Position numbers and translations under genes: made by a program
The notes under the pieces: model-generated
What the model was told of the DNA's origin: nothing
The model's database searches: none
The model's input: only the letters and a program-made list of their open reading frames with translations
From: a virus
DNA length: 64,000 nucleotides
Direction: 5' to 3' (one strand)
IMG/VR virus record: IMGVR_UViG_3300020185_000011
Shown here: piece by piece, positions 28,646 through 38,892 of the stretch
Position numbering within the stretch: the first letter of the stretch is position 1
Layout: the number at the start of each line of letters is the position of its first letter

Positions 28646-30160
28646 ATGAAAAAATTAATTACTATACCAGTACTAGCATGTTTAGTTGGTTGTGGTGGTG
28701 GTGGAACATCATCCCCCGAACTCCAACAATTGCAGTCTTTATCAACCCCACCAGTTTCATCATCCCCGATTTACGGAACCAAAGTAATCGATGGATATGT
28801 AGAGGGAGCCAACGTGTTTGTTGATTTCAATTTCAACTTAACACAGGATGATGGTGAACCCTCGGGCGTATGGAATGCTGATACCAATGAGTACGAGTTC
28901 CAAGTATCAGACTTTAGTGCAATAAGCAACTTCACCACTGCATGTGGATTATCCCGCCCGAGGGTTGCACAAGTTCCAATAGGTGCATATGACTCAACAA
29001 GAGGATATGTAGAAAGTGCATACACCATGTTGTATTTCCCACATGGAGATAGTACATACAAAGCAAATGTGACACCATTCACTACCATGTTACTTACTGC
29101 AATCAATTCACAATTGAATACTGATATATCAGTTGCAGATGGTTGTGGTTCTACTGCAAACGATGTTGCATATTCACTTCAAGGGTCAGTAGACACATTC
29201 CTCTATAATCTAGAATCAAATTTCAATATCAGTAGATACTATTTCTATGATGATTTCATAGCTTCGGGAGACACCACACAACAAGCCATAGGTGAAAAGG
29301 TTGTAGACTTTCTTACTACACTACACACGGTTGAGACCGTTCTCAAAGAACAATACAATATGGGATTCAGAGGTATCTTAAATGAAGATATCATCACAAA
29401 GATTTTAAACAACGAGACTTTTACAGACGTAACATTCGACTTGCAGAATGAAACCGTAGGAGAACAACAAGACGAATGGTTCTCCTATAGGAGAATGCAC
29501 AACTTCAATGAAGTAAGAGGCAATTCCCAAGGACAAATTTTAGATGTCGACGGCAATCCAATTACAATCACAGTTGCAAATCTTGAAGCCAATGCTTCAG
29601 TAATCATATCAGAAAACTATCATGAAAACAAAGAGAGTGAAACTATTGTCAGTGGACATAGGATACACATATCTATAGAACAACAAAAAGAGGTGGATGG
29701 TTACAACTATGAGAAAACCTTTGTAAGATTTGTAGGTGATAGTTCACTTGAACTTGCTGTCAGAGACGGATGGAGAAGTGTTGTTCATAGTGGTGGGAGT
29801 GGTTCAACAAGTGACTTTGAATTTAGAATACATTCCGTTGATGCCAATCCATACTTTGATGAAAATATAGTCAATCTTATGGCAAACAGAAATCCAACAG
29901 AATTGGTTCAGTTATATACAGATATCACTGAGATTGATATGACCATGAGTGGGTCACAAAGTAACCTATACTTACTGTACGATAACGATTTCCATATTTA
30001 CGAAGGTGGTAACTCACAAATCAATCTGTGGCAGTTTAGACAACAGATGAGAGGTGGTTCCCTTATAGAAGAATGTAAATCTTGGGATTGGGATACAAGA
30101 GAAGAACTAGAATTTACTAGTGGGACGGAAGCGTACAATAGGTGTTCGTCAATGCTATAA
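28646..30160 (+). CDS. large lipoprotein
   Basis: Lipobox LVGC followed by GGGG/S-P linker; VIDGYVEGANVFVDFN and NVTPFTT motifs typical of proteobacterial surface lipoproteins. Confidence 0.75.
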   Translation: MKKLITIPVLACLVGCGGGGTSSPELQQLQSLSTPPVSSSPIYGTKVIDGYVEGANVFVDFNFNLTQDDGEPSGVWNADTNEYEFQVSDFSAISNFTTACGLSRPRVAQVPIGAYDSTRGYVESAYTMLYFPHGDSTYKANVTPFTTMLLTAINSQLNTDISVADGCGSTANDVAYSLQGSVDTFLYNLESNFNISRYYFYDDFIASGDTTQQAIGEKVVDFLTTLHTVETVLKEQYNMGFRGILNEDIITKILNNETFTDVTFDLQNETVGEQQDEWFSYRRMHNFNEVRGNSQGQILDVDGNPITITVANLEANASVIISENYHENKESETIVSGHRIHISIEQQKEVDGYNYEKTFVRFVGDSSLELAVRDGWRSVVHSGGSGSTSDFEFRIHSVDANPYFDENIVNLMANRNPTELVQLYTDITEIDMTMSGSQSNLYLLYDNDFHIYEGGNSQINLWQFRQQMRGGSLIEECKSWDWDTREELEFTSGTEAYNRCSSML

Positions 30161-30174
30161 ATACATATGATATT

Positions 30175-30351
30175 ATGACTACTAACTTGAAATCCTCAGA
30201 TGTGATTAGTGCAATTGAAGAAAAGATTGCGTTAAAAAAGAAACTTCGTGAAGCTAAGAAAGCTTCAGACGATTCTGCAACTAAGAAAATATCAAAGAAA
30301 ATCGATAAAATCGAGGATAAACTACACTCCACACCGCTCTCTAAAACATAA
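30175..30351 (+). CDS. small basic hypothetical protein
   Basis: Lys-rich ORF after TATAAATA at about 30156. Confidence 0.55.
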   Translation: MTTNLKSSDVISAIEEKIALKKKLREAKKASDDSATKKISKKIDKIEDKLHSTPLSKT

Positions 30352-30381
30352 ATAATTCTGTAAATACATACGGAGATATAA

Positions 30382-30768
30382 ATGTCAGAACTCACAGACC
30401 TAATTGCTGTTCAACAAGCTACAAAAGCAAAACTAGAGGATAAACTAGATTGGCATAACGGTGTAAACAAAACTTATTTTGTGGGCCAATCCAAATCAGA
30501 AACTTCTCCAGCAGAGTGGACAGGAGCTGGTAGAGCAGGATTCCTACAATGGCATAATGCACAAGGTGTTAACGAAGACGATTTAGACCAACTATTCGTA
30601 GATATGTATGCTGAATATATTGATACTGAAATTGGAGGTGCTAACGCCCTTGAAGTTAATGCAGATTTAGTTACAACAATGCAAGCATCAATCACTTCTT
30701 ATGCAGCCGACATTGCACACCTTCAATCAAGAGTCGATGCTGGTGATACAACTCTAGCAGACAGCTAA
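30382..30768 (+). CDS. hypothetical late protein
   Basis: 128 aa, GGAG RBS, TAAATA upstream. Confidence 0.65.
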   Translation: MSELTDLIAVQQATKAKLEDKLDWHNGVNKTYFVGQSKSETSPAEWTGAGRAGFLQWHNAQGVNEDDLDQLFVDMYAEYIDTEIGGANALEVNADLVTTMQASITSYAADIAHLQSRVDAGDTTLADS

Positions 30769-30783
30769 AAAATACATAAATAG

Positions 30784-30812
30784 TAGACAAGGACACCAAA
30801 TTGGTGTATAAT
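30784..30812 (+). promoter_or_regulatory. sigma70-type promoter
   Basis: TAGACA, 17 nt, TATAAT 30807-30812, ATG 30820. Confidence 0.65.
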
Positions 30813-30819
30813 ACCTACT

Positions 30820-32022
30820 ATGAGTGCAAAAAACTTACATTTAGAACATCTAGAAGACGAAATCATCAATCAAGGTATTGATGGTGGTCGTGGTGCAATT
30901 AACTTTCTTCAAGGTCTAAGAGACATGATGAAAGGTCATTCTAACTCTAAAGTTAATATGACTGTTAAGTGGGATGGAGCTCCTGCTATCTTTTGTGGAA
31001 GACATCCCGAGACAAATCAATTCTTTGTTGCAAAGAAATCCCTATTCAATAAGACTCCTTTATTTTATACCTCAGAAGATGAAATAAAGAATAGTCCCGA
31101 CCTAGGTGGCCAACTTAAAGAAAAATTCCTAACCTCATTCAAATACTTATCTAAACTATCTTGGAATACAGTCATGCAAGGTGACTTGATGTACACTAAC
31201 GACAAGAAAACACAGACGATAGATGGTAAGTCGTACATCACTTTCCAACCCAACACAATCCTCTATGCAGTTGATGAAGAATCACAACTTGGTAAAGTAA
31301 TCGCAAACTCTAAGATGGGTATTGTATTTCACACCACATACGAAGGTTCAACTATTGAAGGATTGAGTGCATCATTTGGTGCAAACATATCTAAGTTGGG
31401 AAGTAGCACAGATGTGTGGTTAGATGATGCAACGTATAAAGATGTCAGTGGTAACAGTACAATGACTGCAAAGGAAACGCTTGGATTGACTCAAGAATTG
31501 ACTGCAACAGGTAAAGCATTTCATGGTATCACTAGGAAAGACCTACAGAAGTTTCAAGAAATACAATCAACAATCACAAAGAAGGGTGCTGGTGCATCTT
31601 ATAAGACATACTGCAACTCATTAATCAGACAAGGTAAATTCAATCCAACATTTGACGGATACATTAAACACTTTGACGGTTACTGGAAAGATAAAGTTGT
31701 CGGTGGTGTTAAGACAGAGAAACATAAACTAATCAAAACAGAAATTGGTCAAGACCTTTTAAGAGAGTTGAAAAGTCTTAAAAAGTTTATCACAAATCTT
31801 ACTAGTTTCATGGGTCACTTGGTGTCTGCAAAACAAATCATAATCGTTGCTCTAAATAGAGTAAAGAGCATCGGAACATTCAAGAAAACGGACAAAGGAT
31901 TCGAAGCAGTTAACCCCGAAGGTTATGTTGCAATCGATAGAAGTGGTAAGGCTGTAAAGCTTGTCGACAGAATGGAATTTGCATTTAATAACTTTACAGC
32001 AATTAAGAACTGGGACAAGTAA
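30820..32022 (+). CDS. DUF6267-like protein with ligase-type nucleotidyltransferase motifs
   Basis: NLHLEHLED, TVKWDGAPA, QGDLMY, FQPNTI, PEGYVAI, VKLVDRMEF. Confidence 0.7.
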   Translation: MSAKNLHLEHLEDEIINQGIDGGRGAINFLQGLRDMMKGHSNSKVNMTVKWDGAPAIFCGRHPETNQFFVAKKSLFNKTPLFYTSEDEIKNSPDLGGQLKEKFLTSFKYLSKLSWNTVMQGDLMYTNDKKTQTIDGKSYITFQPNTILYAVDEESQLGKVIANSKMGIVFHTTYEGSTIEGLSASFGANISKLGSSTDVWLDDATYKDVSGNSTMTAKETLGLTQELTATGKAFHGITRKDLQKFQEIQSTITKKGAGASYKTYCNSLIRQGKFNPTFDGYIKHFDGYWKDKVVGGVKTEKHKLIKTEIGQDLLRELKSLKKFITNLTSFMGHLVSAKQIIIVALNRVKSIGTFKKTDKGFEAVNPEGYVAIDRSGKAVKLVDRMEFAFNNFTAIKNWDK

Positions 32023-32222
32023 TGAAATCATTTAAACAATTTTTAGAAGAAGAGTTTGCATTACCAAAGTATCCTGCTCAAACAGATATCAAGTTTAAAG
32101 ATGATGACTGGGTAGTGGGTGACCCCGAAAAAGCATTCGAATACGACACTTCAAAAGATGGTTATGAAAACATCGATAAAATGGATGACATGGTAGACCA
32201 AGACCGAGAGAAAATGAAATGA
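32022..32222 (+). CDS. small protein with T4 capsid-targeting-like N-terminus
   Basis: MKSFKQFLEE. Confidence 0.6.
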   Translation: MKSFKQFLEEEFALPKYPAQTDIKFKDDDWVVGDPEKAFEYDTSKDGYENIDKMDDMVDQDREKMK

Positions 32223-33505
32223 AAAAGACATTCGGAAAATTTCTAACAGAAGCAAAAGACAAAGGTGTGGTATTCACATTCGGTAGATTCAATCCACCCA
32301 CAACTGGTCATGCAAAGTTAGTAGACAAACTTAAGAAAGAAGCTGGTGGTGGATATCAACCTATGCTTTTCTCTTCTCACTCAAACGACAAAAAGAAAAA
32401 TCCATTAGACCACAAGGTTAAAGTAAGATATCTTAAGAAGTTCTTTGGTAGGATAGTTGCAGACGTACAAGCACGTACTGTATTTGAAATTGCAAACGAG
32501 TTACAAAGACAAAAGTTCACACGTGTCAAGATGGTAGTTGGTTCTGATAGAATCAAAGAATTCGAAATGTTACTTAAGAAGTACAACGGAGTTAAAGCAA
32601 GACACGGTTATTACAAATTCGATGAGATTGAAATCGTATCAGCAGGGGAGAGAGACCCCGATGCAGATGACTTAAGTGGAATGAGTGCATCTAAGTTGAG
32701 AGCTCTTGCAGAACAGGGTGATTTCAAAGCATTTGCACAAGGTGTTCCAACCAAGAACAAGAAAGATATAGAACAACTATACAAAGATATCCGTAAAGGA
32801 ATGGGTATCGTAGAGTCCACACTACCCGACTATATGATTGAAGATTTAATCAACGAAGGGGTCTATGACCAAGGAACGTTTAAAGCAGTTTTCTTTAGTG
32901 GTGGGCCTGGAAGTGGTAAGTCGACAGTTGTAAATAAGTTATCATTAAGAGCTCTTGGTCTTAAACTGGTCAATACAGATAAGGCATTCGAGAACGGATT
33001 AAAGAAAGCAGGAATGTCTCTTGACCTTAGAGGTGCAGACTTCGACAAGGTTGACCCAATTCGTGCAAGGGCAAAGGATATCACTACAAAGAATATGAAT
33101 GCCTATATCGGTGGTAGACTTGGAATGATATTCGACACTACAAGTGCAAACATATCCAAAGTTAAAGCATATAAAACCCAGTTAGATAAACTTGGGTATG
33201 ATTCTAAGATGTTGTTTGTTAGTGCATCATTGGACAATGCACAAAAAAGAAATGCAAAAAGAGCTAGAAAACTACCATCTGCAATTGTAAAACAAGATTG
33301 GGATAATGCACAAAAGAATTCAAAAGAACTACAAAAGGTATTCGGTAGAGACTTTGTAGAGATTTCAAACGATGATGATGTTAAATCATTAGAAGCTAAA
33401 ACTACTAAACTATATTCAAAACTACTCGGTTGGACTGGTTCATTCCCGAGTAATAAGACAGCACTTGCATGGAAACAAGCAGAACTAGATGCTAAAAAAC
33501 GATAA
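32219..33505 (+). CDS. cytidylyltransferase-like (HIGH family) domain fused to P-loop kinase
   Basis: TFGRFNPPTTGH, VVGSDR, SAGERDPD, MSASKLR; then SGGPGSGKST, IFDTT, RNAKRAR. Confidence 0.85.
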   Translation: MKKTFGKFLTEAKDKGVVFTFGRFNPPTTGHAKLVDKLKKEAGGGYQPMLFSSHSNDKKKNPLDHKVKVRYLKKFFGRIVADVQARTVFEIANELQRQKFTRVKMVVGSDRIKEFEMLLKKYNGVKARHGYYKFDEIEIVSAGERDPDADDLSGMSASKLRALAEQGDFKAFAQGVPTKNKKDIEQLYKDIRKGMGIVESTLPDYMIEDLINEGVYDQGTFKAVFFSGGPGSGKSTVVNKLSLRALGLKLVNTDKAFENGLKKAGMSLDLRGADFDKVDPIRARAKDITTKNMNAYIGGRLGMIFDTTSANISKVKAYKTQLDKLGYDSKMLFVSASLDNAQKRNAKRARKLPSAIVKQDWDNAQKNSKELQKVFGRDFVEISNDDDVKSLEAKTTKLYSKLLGWTGSFPSNKTALAWKQAELDAKKR

Positions 33506-33513
33506 ATAGTACT

Positions 33514-34467
33514 ATGGACATATTAGAATCAATACTTAACGAAAGAAAAGTTAAACAAGATAAAGATATTGAAGACCGTAAAGGTACTCAACCATCTAAG
33601 TATTATGCAAAGGATGCTGATGGTGATGAAATGTCTAAATCCACCAAACAAAAACGTGCAGCTCATTTTGCACAGAAGAAAGACGGCCCTGCACCTGGCG
33701 ACCATGATGCAGAAACTAAACCTTCCAAACACACTAAGAAGTATAAAGATATGTACGAAGATGCTGGTAAGTCACTTGCAAAGAAAGCGGATAAATCGGG
33801 TATCTCTAAAGGTATTCTACAACAGGTTTATAACAGAGGTGTCGCTGCATGGAAGACTGGTCACAGGCCAGGCACTACTCCAGAGCAATGGGGACATGCA
33901 AGAGTAAACTCTTTCATTACTAAAGGTAAAGGAACATGGGGTGGTGCAGATAAAGACCTTGCAAAGAAAGCTGGTGCATCTGAGTCAGTCCAAGAAGGAA
34001 AACTAGTTACCAGTGCTCATGAAATTATTGATTTAATCATGAAAAAGGTTGGTCAAAAAATGGAAGATGAACTCAAAAAGAATCCCGAAAAAGGTATTGG
34101 TCTCATCAACACAATCGGTGCAATGATTAAACATAAGGTTACTGATAAGAAACAAGAGAAAGGTAAACTATTTCTTAAGTTCGGTGACAATCTAGAAGGT
34201 GATGAACTATTCGAAGATGCAGCTGTAGATGCAGCGGAGTTAAAAGCAAAACAGGCAGGTGAACTCGAAAGACTCAAACAGAGACAAGAGGATGAACTTG
34301 AAGCATTGACTAAAAGACACGAAAGAGAACAAGAAAGAGTTGATGGTCAGAAAGAGAAAGAGACTGCAGACAAACAAATTCAAGCAAAACGTGATGCAGA
34401 CAGAAAGAAGTCTGAAGCACAATCAGAAAGTTTTAAGACATTACTGAAATTAAGAGGTATCAAATGA
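33514..34467 (+). CDS. conserved phage protein (DUF5824-like), probable internal head protein
   Basis: TKPSKHTKK, LQQVYNRGVAAWKTGHRPG..QWGHARVNSF; TAAATA-N5-ATG. Confidence 0.65.
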   Translation: MDILESILNERKVKQDKDIEDRKGTQPSKYYAKDADGDEMSKSTKQKRAAHFAQKKDGPAPGDHDAETKPSKHTKKYKDMYEDAGKSLAKKADKSGISKGILQQVYNRGVAAWKTGHRPGTTPEQWGHARVNSFITKGKGTWGGADKDLAKKAGASESVQEGKLVTSAHEIIDLIMKKVGQKMEDELKKNPEKGIGLINTIGAMIKHKVTDKKQEKGKLFLKFGDNLEGDELFEDAAVDAAELKAKQAGELERLKQRQEDELEALTKRHEREQERVDGQKEKETADKQIQAKRDADRKKSEAQSESFKTLLKLRGIK

Positions 34468-34895
34468 GCGGAAACAAAACAGATAACGGAGTACACGAAG
34501 TGGGTACCGATGAAATTAGAAAGGCGTATCAAGACGATACACCAGGCCAACAGGTAGAAAAATACCTATCACAAATCAAAGATGTTAATGAAGCAATACA
34601 AAAGAAACACTTCTCTACTAAGTACCCTAATCCATTAAAGGGATATCCTTATCAGAAGGAAGAGAAACTAAAAGAAGAAGTTACCGAAGACTTAACAGAG
34701 AAATTTAATTCAAAAAAAGAAGTAGCTGATGTTAAAAGAATTGATAAGTTATTAGAACAAGCATATAAAGGTATGAATAAATTACAATATGGTAAGTCAA
34801 CATACATGATGGATGTTAATGACGGTATTGTAAAGGCAAGAAGAGCATTAATTACATATTCAGATATAGCAGCTAATGGTGAACTAGACGACTAA
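34464..34895 (+). CDS. hypothetical protein
   Basis: EVGTDEIRKAYQDDTPGQ motif; coupled ORF. Confidence 0.65.
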   Translation: MSGNKTDNGVHEVGTDEIRKAYQDDTPGQQVEKYLSQIKDVNEAIQKKHFSTKYPNPLKGYPYQKEEKLKEEVTEDLTEKFNSKKEVADVKRIDKLLEQAYKGMNKLQYGKSTYMMDVNDGIVKARRALITYSDIAANGELDD

Positions 34896-35431
34896 TGAAA
34901 ACGTTGAGAGAAGTCGCAATAGACGAAACATTAGAGTCTTTGCAGTCAGAAGGTATCAACCTTACAGATAACCCATTCAGATTAGGTTCAATGATGTATT
35001 TTGAAATCATCAAAGAAGCACGAAAGCTTGTTGCTGAAGACAGGTACACACTCACAGAAGTCGACAAACAAATCATAGAAACAGACCTAGGTCAATTCGA
35101 AGTATACGAAGGGAACATTGTTCCTTTAGATTGTCCTATGATTATGGAAGAAGAAGACAAGAAAGACGTTAAACTGAACTCACCAAAGGTTGGTGGCTCC
35201 AAAAAATACTATGTCTATGTAAAAGACGGTGATAAGATTAAGAAGATATCATGGGGTGATACCACAGGGTTGAAAGTAAAACTGAATAACAAGAAGGCAA
35301 GAGCATCTTTTGTTGCAAGACACCAATGTGACACAAAGAACGATAAGACTACGGCAGGCTATTGGGCATGTCGACTACCGTACTACGCAAAACAATTAGG
35401 TTTGAGTGGTGGGGGAGATTTTTTTTGGTAG
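34895..35431 (+). CDS. conserved phage protein
   Basis: KKYYVYVK...WGD...ARASFVARHQC....AGYWAC. Confidence 0.7.
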   Translation: MKTLREVAIDETLESLQSEGINLTDNPFRLGSMMYFEIIKEARKLVAEDRYTLTEVDKQIIETDLGQFEVYEGNIVPLDCPMIMEEEDKKDVKLNSPKVGGSKKYYVYVKDGDKIKKISWGDTTGLKVKLNNKKARASFVARHQCDTKNDKTTAGYWACRLPYYAKQLGLSGGGDFFW

Positions 35432-35456
35432 TCTAAATATAGGTGTAGGTTATATT

Positions 35457-35717
35457 ATGAGAGAATTATATCACAGTTATTTAAGGGATGATAGAAAAGC
35501 AGAAGTCTATAAGACAGACAAGGGCTGGGAAGTTGACCTTAGCAGTTTAACAAACAACGAATATGCAACAAGGAAGGTTCACGACCACTCAGAAACATAT
35601 GCTGAGAATCTCGCAGAGAACTATGTTGATAAGATATTTGATTTAGAACCAAATGACTTTGGATACTATGGATATAAGGAAAAGACAGACAACTATGTCC
35701 ACGAACTTGACGACTAA
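35457..35717 (+). CDS. hypothetical protein
   Basis: HSETYAENLAENYV motif; CTAAATA upstream. Confidence 0.6.
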   Translation: MRELYHSYLRDDRKAEVYKTDKGWEVDLSSLTNNEYATRKVHDHSETYAENLAENYVDKIFDLEPNDFGYYGYKEKTDNYVHELDD

Positions 35718-35994
35718 ACCATACACAGAAAAAATAGAAGAACAACATGGTACAGGTGTACCATATGTTATCAGAGAGTTCACAGAAAGTGTTGAAGATG
35801 AAGAACTAGTATGGCACCGTGATAAAGAATCAAGGGTGGTCAGTGTTCTAAGTGGAAAAGGCTGGTCGTTACAACATGATGATGAGTTACCTATACAATT
35901 AAACCAAGGAGAAGAGTATTATATCCCAAGAATGACCTACCACAGGTTGATAAAAGGACAAGGAAATCTTGTTGTTAGGATACGAATTACATAA
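35695..35994 (+). CDS. cupin-like small protein
   Basis: ELVWHRD...W.LQ.DDELP...IPRMTYHRLIKG. Confidence 0.7.
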   Translation: MSTNLTTKPYTEKIEEQHGTGVPYVIREFTESVEDEELVWHRDKESRVVSVLSGKGWSLQHDDELPIQLNQGEEYYIPRMTYHRLIKGQGNLVVRIRIT

Positions 35995-36002
35995 ATAAGA
36001 CT

Positions 36003-36599
36003 ATGAGTTATAAATCAGAAAATTGGAAAGAAAAACTAGACGAGGTTCGTAACTATATTGAACCACGTAAAGAAGGTACAGTAGAAAAGACTGCTGAGCA
36101 AATTATTTCCGATGAAATAGACCAAGAATTGTCAACATTCTTTTCGGAAGATACGCTTCCCGAAGTAGAAGAGATAGAAGAAGATATTCTATTAGAAGCA
36201 TCTGCTGGTGCAATGATTGATAAGTTATTCAATCTTAAAGGTGATAAAGATTCACAATACGGTGTTGCAAAGATGCTATCTATGACTGGTGTCAAAGTAG
36301 TCCAATCAATGCAGAAACAAAACCCAAAAGGATTCGAAAAGTTAATTGTTCAGTTAGGTAAAGAGAAAAAGATTACACTACCTACCAACAATAAACTATT
36401 GGCAATGTTCAGAGATGCAGGCGTTAAACCTCTCAAAGATGAAGTTGAAGTTAAAGAAGAGAACACATCTCTCGAAAAGACAGTTGAAAAATTAACAGAA
36501 AAAAACATGTTAGGTAGACTTGCAAAGTCTTTACGTCTTGATGAACAAGGTAAAGAAAAAATGTTTGACTACTTCGAAAAAGGGGAATTAGAACAATGA
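36003..36599 (+). CDS. hypothetical late protein
   Basis: 198 aa, K/E-rich; TAAATA-N5-ATG. Confidence 0.65.
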   Translation: MSYKSENWKEKLDEVRNYIEPRKEGTVEKTAEQIISDEIDQELSTFFSEDTLPEVEEIEEDILLEASAGAMIDKLFNLKGDKDSQYGVAKMLSMTGVKVVQSMQKQNPKGFEKLIVQLGKEKKITLPTNNKLLAMFRDAGVKPLKDEVEVKEENTSLEKTVEKLTEKNMLGRLAKSLRLDEQGKEKMFDYFEKGELEQ

Positions 36600-37828
36600 A
36601 ATTTGAAGGACTAGGACATGGTTTATCTGCAGACTTACTTGCAGCTGCCAATGCAATTGTATTAGAGAGTGGAGACTACAAGAAGTTTTTCCAAGCTGCA
36701 CTTAAGAAGTTTGGTGTTACATCACCAGCAGAACTTAAAGGTGACAAAGAGAAAGAATTCTATGATTACATCGATAAGAATTGGGATGGAAAAGATGAGA
36801 AAAATGAACACCATCAAAAGAAAGGTGACAAACCTCATGCACACGAGTCAAAGATAGACGAAGATGTTCGAGATATGAAAAACTTCAAAAATAAAGACCG
36901 TAGAGGTCATGAAGCTAGTTTATATATCGAAACAAAGGGTAAAATTTCCAAAGATGAATTAACAGTTATAGATAAACTAATTAGTAAAATTAAGAAAATG
37001 CATGTAACTAGTTTTGATGGTGCATCTGATGAACCAAATTCTTTAGAATTTTATGGTGATGAAAAGTCTTTAGACAAATTTATTTCTGATAGAAATGTAC
37101 AAAAGATTGTTAAAAAGTATAGGGGTAAGGTCAACGGGCCAACGAAAAACGAATCAGTTAAAATTGAAGAAGTCCTACCAACACCAATTGACGGTGTCGC
37201 AGAATCAGAAACATTTAACGAGAAGGCTGGAAAGTATGCAAAATACTCAGACCTTCTTATGCAAAAAGCACGACTAGTTGCACAAGGCCCAGTTGCAACT
37301 AAAGAAGTTGGTGACATCAACAAGAAGATTGCATCTGAAATTAAAAAACTAGGTATTAAAGAAGACAAAGGATTTGAAAAGATTCTTATGGCTGCATTCA
37401 GTGAAGGTTTAGACGAAGCAAAACCAAGTAAAAAATTCATTAAACTTGGAGATGAAAAAAAAAATCTAAAGCAGCCTGTTACTGAGGCAAGTAGAGATTA
37501 CTACAAACAAGTAGATGCTCTTATAGCAAAACACGGTAATGAAAAACCATTCATCTATAAGGCACCTAAGTTAAATAAAATTTTAAAAGACCTAGATAAA
37601 TTAATGAAGACGGAGAAAGAATTTCCCGATTCACAAAAATACGGTAAACTTATACAAGGACACTTAAAGAAGTGTGAAGTTATGGGTTACGAAGAGAATA
37701 TTGTATTAACAAACAGAATGCACGATAAGTTTTCGAAAGATTTCCAAGGTGATACAATGTTTAGAGAAGAGATGGCAGAAATCATTATGCAAGATGCTAT
37801 CTTGTCATACGCAATATTTGGAGAGTAG
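36596..37828 (+). CDS. hypothetical K/E-rich late protein (probable internal head protein)
   Basis: YKKFFQAALKKFGVTSPAEL...KEFYDYIDKNW motif; modules separated by x-x-E sites. Confidence 0.65.
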   Translation: MKFEGLGHGLSADLLAAANAIVLESGDYKKFFQAALKKFGVTSPAELKGDKEKEFYDYIDKNWDGKDEKNEHHQKKGDKPHAHESKIDEDVRDMKNFKNKDRRGHEASLYIETKGKISKDELTVIDKLISKIKKMHVTSFDGASDEPNSLEFYGDEKSLDKFISDRNVQKIVKKYRGKVNGPTKNESVKIEEVLPTPIDGVAESETFNEKAGKYAKYSDLLMQKARLVAQGPVATKEVGDINKKIASEIKKLGIKEDKGFEKILMAAFSEGLDEAKPSKKFIKLGDEKKNLKQPVTEASRDYYKQVDALIAKHGNEKPFIYKAPKLNKILKDLDKLMKTEKEFPDSQKYGKLIQGHLKKCEVMGYEENIVLTNRMHDKFSKDFQGDTMFREEMAEIIMQDAILSYAIFGE

Positions 37829-37829
37829 A

Positions 37830-38891
37830 ATGAATTTATTTCACGAAGCAAAGAAGGTACTAGACAAGGATGGGAAAGTTAATCCTTTAGGCCCTTATGG
37901 TAAGATGAAACTTACTGGTAGAGAAGTTTCTACCTATTTCAGAAGAAACAAAGTCAGTGACCCCGAAGTCAAGAAAGCAGTAGAAGTTGCACTTGACATG
38001 AGTGGTGCAATGGATATTGCAGCTAAAGAAATTAAGAAGTTCTTTGGTGATAAGATTCTTAAATCAAAAGAAGTACAGTCTGCACTTAAGTATGCAAACG
38101 AAGGAACTATATCAGAAGGTGAAATGGTATCAGAAGATTACAAAAAAGTAATCAAAATGTTCCCAAGAGATAACGACTGGAAAAAACTTATCACAAAATA
38201 TAAACGTGATATTGACAAATTCAGAAACAACAATAAAGATTTACCTAAAAAGGTAGAAGATGAATTACTAGGTTGGGCATCACAAACTGGTGAAGTCAGT
38301 GGTAAACATGATGCAGAAGACTTCATAATGTCAATCCTTGATGAAAGTACTATATCAGAGAACTATAGAGTTCTTGCAAAACATGGTATGGGTGCAGAGA
38401 CTAAGAACTCAATCAAAGTTGGTACAGAAGTAGATTACTATCAAGCAGACGGTGCAAAGTACATGGGTAAAGTCGTCAAGATGGGCCCTAAGAGTTACAT
38501 CGTAAGAGATGACAAGACTAAGAAGAATTACCAGTTCTTTTACCATGACAGAGTTAAGGCAAAGAAATATCTTAAGCAAGGTGATAACATAGGTGAATCA
38601 TACCTAAACATGTTTGCAGAAGAAGTACAGGACATTACTGTAGACCCAAAGAACAAAAAGTTCAGTAGTCCATCTGACCAAAACTATCATGGAATGGAAA
38701 TTGCAAAAGCAGCGAGAAGATTTAAACTTAAAGCTGCAGTTTTAGGTAAACACGTAAGAATCAAAGGAAATAAAAAGCAGGTAAACGACTTTCTAAGAGT
38801 GGTCATAGGTAAATCTTCATATGGAGACCCTACAAATGGTGATTACACCACACCACAAATAGATAAGATGTTAACCAAAGGAATGAAGTAA
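37830..38891 (+). CDS. hypothetical late protein
   Basis: Open frame from MNLFHEAKK; repeated TISE. Confidence 0.65.
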   Translation: MNLFHEAKKVLDKDGKVNPLGPYGKMKLTGREVSTYFRRNKVSDPEVKKAVEVALDMSGAMDIAAKEIKKFFGDKILKSKEVQSALKYANEGTISEGEMVSEDYKKVIKMFPRDNDWKKLITKYKRDIDKFRNNNKDLPKKVEDELLGWASQTGEVSGKHDAEDFIMSILDESTISENYRVLAKHGMGAETKNSIKVGTEVDYYQADGAKYMGKVVKMGPKSYIVRDDKTKKNYQFFYHDRVKAKKYLKQGDNIGESYLNMFAEEVQDITVDPKNKKFSSPSDQNYHGMEIAKAARRFKLKAAVLGKHVRIKGNKKQVNDFLRVVIGKSSYGDPTNGDYTTPQIDKMLTKGMK

Positions 38892-38892
38892 A

